From NCBI GenBank assembly GCA_950097015.1, contig CATNEN010000038.1, forward strand, positions 25,420,001 through 25,484,000: DNA of 64,000 nucleotides, read 5' to 3'. The translations under genes were made by a program, and so were the position numbers. Under the pieces are notes generated by a model, which saw only the letters and a program-made list of their open reading frames with translations, ran no database searches and was not told the origin of the DNA. Source of the DNA: Macrostomum hystrix (Eukaryota > Animalia > Platyhelminthes). Of the stretch, positions 55,586 to 64,000 are shown one piece after another (the first letter of the stretch is position 1; each line of letters begins with the position of its first letter).

Positions 55586-58422
55586 GTTGACTATCAGTCC
55601 TTTACTTACTCACGCTTCTCTCGAGGTCTGCTCAGACTCACGACTTGTTTAAAATCGATTGGAAATTATCCGAAACTTAAGATAGACCCGCCACTGCTTG
55701 ACTGTGCACAACCTACTGGAACTAGGAAGATGTTACACTTTATGAAAATATGACAGTTTGTAAAACTTCAAATCTCACCCTTTAAGTTTACTAGACCTCA
55801 AATCTCACACTGTAAGTTTACTAAATCTAAAAACTCACCCTGTAAGTTTACTAAATCTCAAATCTCACCCTGTAAGTCTACTAAACCTCAAATCTCACCC
55901 TGTAAGTTTACTAAACCTCAAATCTCATCCTGTAAGTCTACTAAACCTCAAATCTCACCCTGTAAGTTTACTAAATCTCAAATCTTACCCTCTAAGTTTA
56001 CTAAATCTCAAATCTCAACCTGTAAGTTTACTAAATCACAAATCTCACACTGTAAGTATACTAAATCTTAAATCTCACCCTGTAAGTTTACTAAATCTCA
56101 AATCTCACCCTGTAAGTTTACTAAACCTCAAATCTCACACTCTAAGTTTACTTAATCTCAAATCTCAACCTGTAAGTTTACTAAATCTCAAATCTCATCC
56201 TGTAAGTCTACTAAACCTCAAATCTCACCCTGTAAGTTTACTAAATCTCAAATCTCACCCTCTAAGTTTACTAAATCTCAAATCTCAACCTGTAAGTTTA
56301 CTAGACCTCAAATCTCACACTGTAAGTATACTAAATCTCAAATCTCATCCTGTAAGTCTACTAAACCTCAAATCTCACCCTGTCAGTTTACTAAACCTCA
56401 AATCTCACCCTGTAAGTTTACTAAACCTCAAATCTCACCCTGTAAGATTACTAAATCTCAAATCTCACCCTGTAAGATTACTAAATCTCAAATCTCTCCC
56501 TGTAAGTTTACTAAATCTCAAATCTCACCCTGTCAGTTTACTAAACCTCAAATCTCACCCTGTAAGTTTACTAAACCTCAAATCTCACCCTGTAAGTATA
56601 CTAAACCTCAAATCTCACCCTGTAAGTTTACTGAACCTCAAATCTCACCCTGTAAGTTTACTAAATCCCAAATCTCACCCTGTAGGTTTACTAAATCTCA
56701 AATCTCTCCCTGTCAGTTTACTAAATCTCAAATCTCACCTTGTCAGGTTAATAAATCTCAAATCTCTCCCTGTCAGTTTACTAAATCTCAAATCTCTCCC
56801 TGTAAGTTTACTAAATCACAAATCTCACCCTGTAAGTTTACTAAATCTCAAATCTCACCCTGTAAGTTTACTAAACCTCAAATCTCACCGTGTAATAAGT
56901 ATACTAAACCTCAAATCTCACCCTGTAAGTTTACTAAACCTCAAATCTCACCTAATTTCAGAAGCAACGAGACACTAGACGGTCAAGAAGGTGCGAGTTG
57001 TGCCAGGAACGGCTATTTCACATTGAGCCAAGTCACCTAATCATAGCAATGCGATTCTGCCAGTTGTTCTGCATCATATTCGCTCTATCTAGCTTCATCA
57101 TCAGCGTCATCAGCTCGTCTGGCGCTGCCCTGGCAGCTGCTTGCTGCTCACTCATTGTCTCAGTGCTCAACGGCTCGATTGCTTGCCTGATTGCGTCCGA
57201 GTTAGTTAAGGGCCGGTTTCCAATTTGTTGGTCATTTTCGGCGGAATTTGAGATGTCAAAGCAGACAATTATTGACTGCTGAATTTAATGCACCACAGAA
57301 ACAACCTGTTCTCTCTATCCATTATCCTGTCATCGCGATTCATTATCCCATTATCTCTTAATTATCCCCTCATCTATATTCATTATCCCATCATTTTATC
57401 CACTATCAGCACAATATCCCATAAACTTTATTCACAAACCCCCTTTCTGTGCTAATCCCATCTCATATATTTATCCCTGGAATAGTTCGATGTGAATTAT
57501 CCCGTTATTAAGGATTATATTCTTCATAATTACTCCCCAGTCTCTAGTCATCCTATCCAATAGGCATTCACTGTATTATAAGCGGTTCTTATATTTTACT
57601 CGTAAGTAGTATAATGCGAGTGTGCAGAGCGCCAAAAAACTTTTTTTTGTAATTAGAAACTTTCCTTTTCTTTATACGAGCGTAATTAAATCTTTACTTT
57701 TCTTTTACAGTCTGCGATTTAACGAATCAGCAGGGTGAAATTTGGGATTTAGTAAACTTATTACACGGTGAAATTTGGGATTTAGTAAACTTATTACACG
57801 GTGAAATTTGGGATTTAGTAAACTTATTACACGGTGAGATTTGGGATTTAGTAAACTTATTACACGGTGAGATTTGGGATTTAGTAAACTTATTACACGG
57901 TGAGATTTGGGATTTAGTAAATTTACAGGGTGAGATTTGAGGTTTAGTAAACTTACAGGGTGAGATCTGAGGTTTAGTATACTTACAGGTTGAGATTTGA
58001 GGTTTAGTAAACTTACAGGTTGAGATTTGAGATTTAGTAAACTTACAGGGAGAGATTTGAGATTTAGTAAACTTACAGGGAGAGATTTGAGGTTTAGTAA
58101 ACTTACAGGGTGAGATTTGAGGTTTAGTAAACTTACAGGGTGAGATTTGAGGTTTAGTAAACTTACAGGGTGAGATTTGAGGTTTAGTATACTTACAGGT
58201 TGAGATTTGAGATTTAGTGAACTTACAGTGTGAGATTTGAAGTTTTACAAACTGTCATATTTTCATAAAGTGTAACATCTTCCTAGTTCCAGTAGGTTGT
58301 GCACAGTCAAGCAGTGGCGGGTCTATCTTAAGTTTCGGATAATTTCCAATCGATTTTAAACAAGTCGTGAGTCTGAGCAGACCTCGAGAGAAGCGTGAGT
58401 AAGTAAAGGACTGATAGTCAAC
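55586..58422. repeat. Inverted duplication: ~185-bp unique segment plus 30-nt minisatellite AAATCTCACCCTGTAAGTTTACTAAATCTC; arms 55586-56952 and ~57730-58422
   Basis: 55586-55770 is the reverse complement of ~58238-58422, with an identical translation in the ORF track. The array is inverted in the right arm. Confidence 0.92.
57033..57278 (-). CDS. Putative coding exon of an unidentified gene (QSIIVCFDISN...NWQNRIAMIR*), in the spacer of the inverted duplication
   Basis: Acceptor AAATTCAG, an open 82-codon frame with exon-like GC content, a stop, and a GTGAGA donor at 56951 leading into the 30-nt array. No recognisable domain. Confidence 0.3.
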   Translation of the reverse strand, partial: QSIIVCFDISNSAENDQQIGNRPLTNSDAIRQAIEPLSTETMSEQQAAARAAPDELMTLMMKLDRANMMQNNWQNRIAMIR

Positions 58423-59076
58423 AGTCAACAGCTTGCATGCTATGTCCTGCACCCAGCAATATACAAACCATGTTACATACTAGGGATATTAGAAAATAAA
58501 TTGTCGGACCCGATAATCCTATACTATCTCTTTAGGCCCTAATTCTGTAGATGCTATATGAAAGCCACTTGTCGAATGGCAAAGCCGTGGCCGGTTGTAC
58601 AAAGTAAGGCTTCGTTTTACTCAGCATTCAACGAGTTTTCTTGTAGTGGACGGGGCAAGTGGTGCCCATCCGCTTAAGGGCTCATTTTCTACCCGGCCTG
58701 TTCCTGTATACACGCAAACTCAAATTCTACCATAGCAGGTCATGCGCAGTAAAACAGATTTAGGAAATGTTTTTCCAATACGCTACTACTGCAGCGCTCA
58801 CATTTTTTCGGATCTACCAATATCAAATCTGAGCTTGCGACTCCGACCCAACGAGTCTACTTGGAGAGTCGATTTCCCACTGTTCACTTTCCCAATTCTG
58901 AGACTTACACTGAATACTCATGTCCTATATATTCTTGGTAAGCATTTTTTTCTTCCTTCCTATTCTCTATCCCTGTAAGTAAACTTACAAGTAAACTGAC
59001 AGGGTGAGATTTGAGATTTAGGGAGACTCAGGGAGACTCAGGGAGATTCAGGGAGATTCAGGGAGACTGAGCGCAG

Positions 59077-59520
59077 TCTCCTCTTCTCTTCTCTCCTCTC
59101 CTCTCTCCTCTCCTCTCCTCTCCTCTCCTCTCCTCTCCTCTCTACTCTCCTCTCTCCTCTCCTCTCCTCTCCTCTCCTCTCCTCTCTACTCTCCTCTCTC
59201 CTCTCCTCTCCTCTCCTCTCTCCTCTCCTCTCCTCTCCTCTCCCCTCTCCTCTCTACTCTCCTCTCTCGTCTCCCCTCTTCTCTCCTCTCTACTATCCTC
59301 TCTCCTCTCCTCTCCCCTCTCCTCTTCTCTCTCCTCTCCTCTCCTCTCTCCTCTCCTCTCCTCTCCTCTCCTCTCCTCTCCTCTCCTCTCTACTTTTCTC
59401 TTTTCTCTCCTCTCTCGTCTCCTCTCTTCTCTCCTCTCTCGTCTCCTCTCTCCTCTCCTCTCCCCTCTCGTCTTCTCTCTACTCTTCTTTCCTCGCATAT
59501 TACCTTCTTCTCTCATCTTC
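59077..59520. repeat. (CTCCT)n polypyrimidine microsatellite
   Basis: Near-pure C/T tract. Confidence 0.95.
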
Positions 59521-60186
59521 TATCTTTTCTCCCGTTATCTCTATCCCTGCATTTTTTCTCTCCCCTCTCATCAAATTTGCAGATAGTTGCCCCCACAGAA
59601 TCAAAATCGTGCTTAGAGACTTGCAATACAAAACGAAAGCAATTTTTTTCATTTATCAAATCCCATGCAGACTAAAATGCGCGAGCTATGAGTATTAAGC
59701 AGCGAAAATTGTTTGCAAGCTCACAGACCATGCAATCAAAACAGATAGTTTAGCAATAGTAAATCAAACAGCTTTTTTCACAGAAAAGACGAAAATGCAC
59801 AGCTAGCTCAGTGTAACAAAATGATTTTCATTAGCGGAAGTCATTTTCTAGCTTCGGAGTTTAAAAAAATAGTGAAGCCTAAATGGCATAATAATACTGC
59901 GGATTCTGTATTGCAATTCTGAATACTTGGAAAACTTTAGAGCAGTTAAATATAATCGACTTTAGACTAATTATTCAATGGTTTACATTACACCAAAGTC
60001 GGATTCATTGCCAATTTTTTATTAATTTTACTAACAAAAATATTTTATATGAATTCCAACAATATAACATAACGAACGAGCTTTGGATTTCTGATGGAGA
60101 GGTCGCGAGTTCGATTCTCATGCAGTCAAAGACCATTAGCTTCTACAGTTCACGGACTGAACAGCTGTACACAGTCTTAAATAGCC

Positions 60187-60418
60187 ATAATAATTGAAGG
60201 AGGGCTGCGGGCAGTGGCACATCATTTGGTGACAGCCAGGAGGCAATTTCGCTGACTCCTGAGCACACACGCACACAGATACTGTACACAGGCAGACGCT
60301 CACACAGGTGTGTACATCTGCCCTGACTTTCTCATCATCAGGCAGTGTACACTCTCACTGCGCCTTGGAGGTTGGCCCTCAAGGGCGTAAATTGCACGAC
60401 AAGCCCCCAAGCCTTCTC
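60187..60418 (-). mobile_element. SINE family B, 5'-truncated copy (another short fragment near 62158-62187)
   Basis: Shares GGGCTGCGGGCAxTGGCACATCATTTGGTGACA...GGAGGTTGGCCCTCAAGGGCGTAAATT with the other copies. Confidence 0.8.
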
Positions 60419-60588
60419 GTACGGTCTGAAATTCAAACTCAACACTCGAATCGCTGGGACTCTTCCATTTATAGTTATTCGTAGCCAGACAGCATAAATT
60501 AGTGCCAGAATAAGCAACCCCCAGTCCATGGATTGAACAGCAGAATGCTACTTAGAATAGATGCAATCTAATAAAGCTGTCCTTTAGT

Positions 60589-61746
60589 TTACTGGGGATG
60601 CGGTATGTACACTGCCTGCAAGCCAGGGGGCCCAGACAGGACATCAGCGTCCACCAGCCGACTGTTGATCAGCAGCCGCAGTCGCGACACAAATGAATAA
60701 ACACGGCGCAGGCTGTTGCAGTCGGCCACTTTTCGAGCGCAGCGAAACCTGTCGCTGTGAATTTCAAACACGCACCTGCTGAAATACCTGTCCGTGTAGC
60801 CAGCGGACAGGAATTGCTCGGGACGATTCGGCCCGGCAATCAAATATGGACCGAACGGTCGCTGCCGCAGCGGATAAACATCGTCGTAGTTGAATCTGAA
60901 GGGCCATTCCGGTCGAAGAAAATGGCCGCCAAGCACGCGACCAAAGAACAAGTCGACAAAGAACCGGCACTGCTTCGCGTCCGGCAATCCTCGGCAGAGA
61001 ATGTCCAATCGCCAGTGCTGATTGGTCAGCTCGGTGTCAACAAATCGATAATCGTCCAGCTTAGATAATTCGTTCAGTAGGTCGCGAATCTCGTCTTTCT
61101 GATCTTCGCGCACCATGAAATCGACATCGTCGTCCCACGGGATGACGCCGAAGTGTCGGCCGGAGCCAATCAGACTGCCGTCGGTCAGAAAAAGTTCTAG
61201 GCCGCGTTGGGAGAAATTCCCGGCCAGACTGTGCAGCACGTTGTACACCTCGGAGAGATCCTCGGGCGTGAAGGATCGATTGAAACAGCTGGTTGATCCG
61301 GTCCTGAAGGCGTCAGCAGCCAACGAATCTGGCGTATCAGGAAACAGTGCCGACAAGCAAGCGGCAGAAAGGCCGACAGGTGCAGCCGGTGTTGTCAGTC
61401 GAACATAGATAGGACCATCGATGGTGTTCAACAGCTCCCTGCTGTGACTTCCGGTTAGCAACAGTCCGAGCAGGGTGTCCGACTCGTTGACGCACTCGAC
61501 TCGCCTCAGCATGCCCGGCGAGGGTCCAAGGTCGCCTCGGCCGGTGAAGTACAGTACCAGGCGTCGCATTATGGAGCCACACGAGTTCGTTGAGCTGCAG
61601 CTAGCGAAGCTGCCGCCTGAGTCGTCAGCTGAGCTGTGGCTGCCAGTATCCAGACTGCTCAGTCTGAGCTGCAGGAGCCAATAGACTGTGAGCAGGCCGA
61701 TTGCGCAAGCCATAATAATTGACAATCGCGAGCGTTTGCGAACCAT
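60589..61746 (-). CDS. LicD-family (fukutin/FKRP-related nucleotidyltransferase fold) type II membrane phosphotransferase, single coding exon, 385 aa
   Basis: Basic N-terminal tail MVRKRSR and a TM segment, then the LicD signature LFLTDGSLIGSGRHFGVIPWDDDVDF, followed by FVDLFF and VYPLRQRPFG...GPNRPEQFLSAGY. Confidence 0.88.
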   Translation of the reverse strand: MVRKRSRLSIIMACAIGLLTVYWLLQLRLSSLDTGSHSSADDSGGSFASCSSTNSCGSIMRRLVLYFTGRGDLGPSPGMLRRVECVNESDTLLGLLLTGSHSRELLNTIDGPIYVRLTTPAAPVGLSAACLSALFPDTPDSLAADAFRTGSTSCFNRSFTPEDLSEVYNVLHSLAGNFSQRGLELFLTDGSLIGSGRHFGVIPWDDDVDFMVREDQKDEIRDLLNELSKLDDYRFVDTELTNQHWRLDILCRGLPDAKQCRFFVDLFFGRVLGGHFLRPEWPFRFNYDDVYPLRQRPFGPYLIAGPNRPEQFLSAGYTDRYFSRCVFEIHSDRFRCARKVADCNSLRRVYSFVSRLRLLINSRLVDADVLSGPPGLQAVYIPHPQ

Positions 61747-62744
61747 TCTTGTCTGTGCAGTTTTAAGCTGTTGACAATCTAACAATCAACCCGTTTTGTC
61801 ATCATCTGTGATCTGTCTTCTGCGAACTTTGGATTTCTTGTCAACTTTAACCCAGTCCAGTCGGCCTCTGCTCTGCTGGCGGTCGGCTAAATCATGAGCC
61901 AATGGCATCGCGCAGCTGGCTGACTGACGAATCGCCAAAAGCCGCTGGTGTCTTTTGCGGAGTCCACGGCTGCGATTTGAATGCTTCAATGAGCATTGTG
62001 AAGATTTTAGTTTGAAGCATTTTGCTTTCGATTTTTATTACAGGCTCCAGTTCCAGCGGTTGTAGTTTTGAACAACCTGAATGTGATGTCCGGAGTTCGA
62101 ATCTCAGACCATAGAGAACGTATTAATTTGTGTCCTCGAAATTGTCATGTAGTAAATGTTGGCCCTGAAGGGCGTGAATTGCACAACTGGCATAAGTTTG
62201 CTTTCTATCCACGAGTAAATTGAAGCCCAGTAGTTACAGCTATGGACTTTTAGCTATATAGGTCGTGGTTTCGAATCACTGGTCACAAAAATCTAGTATA
62301 GTGTCCTTTACAGCGAGATATTTAATTCCCAGCTATAATACGCTCGTATATGTTTCATTTCTCGTACCCATCTATATTAACGGTTTAGCCCCAAAACCGT
62401 GAAATATTAGTTAAACACATGCGCCGAGTTTCTTTGGTCTCAGATGCGCATAAAATCCCAGGAAGTCTAGCGGACGCCAGGCGAATTGCTTATTTATGAA
62501 AGCAGCATATTTGATGACATTGAAACCGTGACTCTAGCGGCCAGTGCGAGCTTCAGTGCGTGACACATGCCCTGATAAAACTGCAAATAGTGTTCAGTCT
62601 CTATACAGAAACTGCATGCTTGCCATCCCCTATGGCCTGCGTGATAATAGTATGATGGACACATGTATTGGTAAATAGATGGCTATATGTAACTCATATT
62701 TGGGTAGATAAATAAATAAACGCGTGAGTTTATTTCATCTAAAT

Positions 62745-63110
62745 AGATAGGTATTTAGATGGTAGATAGATTGATAGTTGGATAGATAGATAATTGGTAA
62801 ATAGATGGCTAGGTAACTAGAAGGTGGGTAGACATTTGGGTAGATAGATGGATAGATGGGTGGGTAGATAGATGGGTGGGTAGATAGTTGAGTGGGTAGA
62901 TAGTTAGGTGGGTAGATAGTTAGGTGGGTAGATAGTTGGGTGGGTAGATAGATGGGTGAGCAGATAGATGGGTGAGTAGACAGATGGGTGAGTAGACAGA
63001 TGGGTGAGCAGATAGATGGGTGAGCAGATAGATGGGTGAGCAGATAGATGGGTGGGTAGATAGGCGTGTGGGTAGATAGACGGATGGGCAAGTAAATGTG
63101 TGTGTAGATA
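62745..63110. repeat. GATAGATGGGTGAGCA-type simple repeat
   Basis: GATA/GGGT-rich tandem units. Confidence 0.85.
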
Positions 63111-64000
63111 AGATAGACGCTCCCCAGCCTCCAGCTGTCCTAACTGAGCCAGCTGAATAATTGGGGACAAATTGGGCGCGAGTGGCACAGCTATAGCGAG
63201 AAGAGGCCAATTTCACCCAGGCGAACGGCTGGCCCAAGGCGCCACACCAGGACAGGCTACCATGTGGACACTGCAAGCATGTGGACACAAAGTGCGGTTG
63301 AAAATTCATTTTTTTGGCAGAAAATTTCTGGACTCGAGAAAGCACGATAGGCTGCAACAGCGTTTTGGCATTTTGCATTCCTTCGGTGCCTCCCAGCTCC
63401 CTATCTCTAGATCCCCACCAATATACCCTCGGCCTCTCATTCCGCTTTGGGATTTTTCTAATCTAATTTCTTAGTCGCATTTTCTATCCTTCGCTATGTA
63501 GGGGGAGGGGTGTGCGTGGTCGCTGAAATTGAGAACAGATGTAAAAAGAAACCAATAAGACCCTAATCAGAGACTCATGGCTCATACACACTCACACATA
63601 TATATATGTATATATCAATAAATACAGTCAAATGGTCAAATAGCTGCCCCCTGTAGCTTAATATGTGCGAGTACATATTCCCAATAATTAACATATCCCA
63701 TAAACAGGGAACAGTGTGGGTACCCATTCTTAGACGGATAATATTAAGGGCTCAAATCCCAAAAGTCAGATGTAAATTAGATGGTACGCATATAGCTCTA
63801 TCCTTCATCGTTAATGAAAGATTCTTAAACCGCAACACACACACACACACACCATAATTCCCAGTAGGATATGTCAACCAGGCCTGATATAATTGGTCAT
63901 GAGTTTAATGGCAGTTAATGGTCGTAACAGCACGACCATCATGGCTTAGAGTGGGCGCGCGCTATGCAATGAGAGCTAAAGTACGTGGATTGCTAGTCTA

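Noticed and set aside
55568-55753. Duplicate 61/65-aa ORFs (VDYQSFTYSRF...) as a gene pair
   Set aside because: They simply reflect the inverted duplication; non-ATG starts and no recognisable domain.

Overview
This is animal (eukaryotic) genomic DNA with GT-AG introns and no prokaryotic features. The exon codon style and the abundance of 16-42-nt intronic minisatellites suggest a free-living flatworm of the Macrostomum type; that assignment is inference only. Six protein-coding genes can be spliced by hand: HAUS4-like (+, 536-2115), a GT32/DXD glycosyltransferase (-, 5865-2563), a novel PKC of the epsilon/eta type (+, 8703-18246), a DLK/LZK MAP3K (+, 22445-~27853), an SLC20/PiT phosphate transporter (-, 51372-39093, 8 exons, 591 aa) and a single-exon LicD-family phosphotransferase (-, 61746-60589). 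Three further coding-like exons are unassigned. Mobile DNA includes a 5.2-kb BEL/Pao LTR element with apparently identical 330-bp LTRs, a 5-bp TSD and an open Gag-PR-IN ORF from which RT and RNase H are deleted in frame. There are also two tRNA-derived SINE families and three MITE/foldback-like elements. More than 25 minisatellite arrays are present, and most longer introns carry one. The most notable signals are: (1) several arrays are tandem amplifications of the host gene's own splice junction, giving stacks of GT..AG units and in-frame decoy acceptors; (2) two genes have no ATG in their first recognisable coding exon, which starts in phase 0 right after an acceptor, as expected if a flatworm spliced-leader 3'-terminal AUG supplies the start codon; (3) the young RT-less BEL element; (4) an 86-bp ectopic copy of a PKC exon-intron junction; (5) a ~2.8-kb inverted duplication built around a minisatellite. 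Gene models were derived manually and repeat boundaries are approximate.
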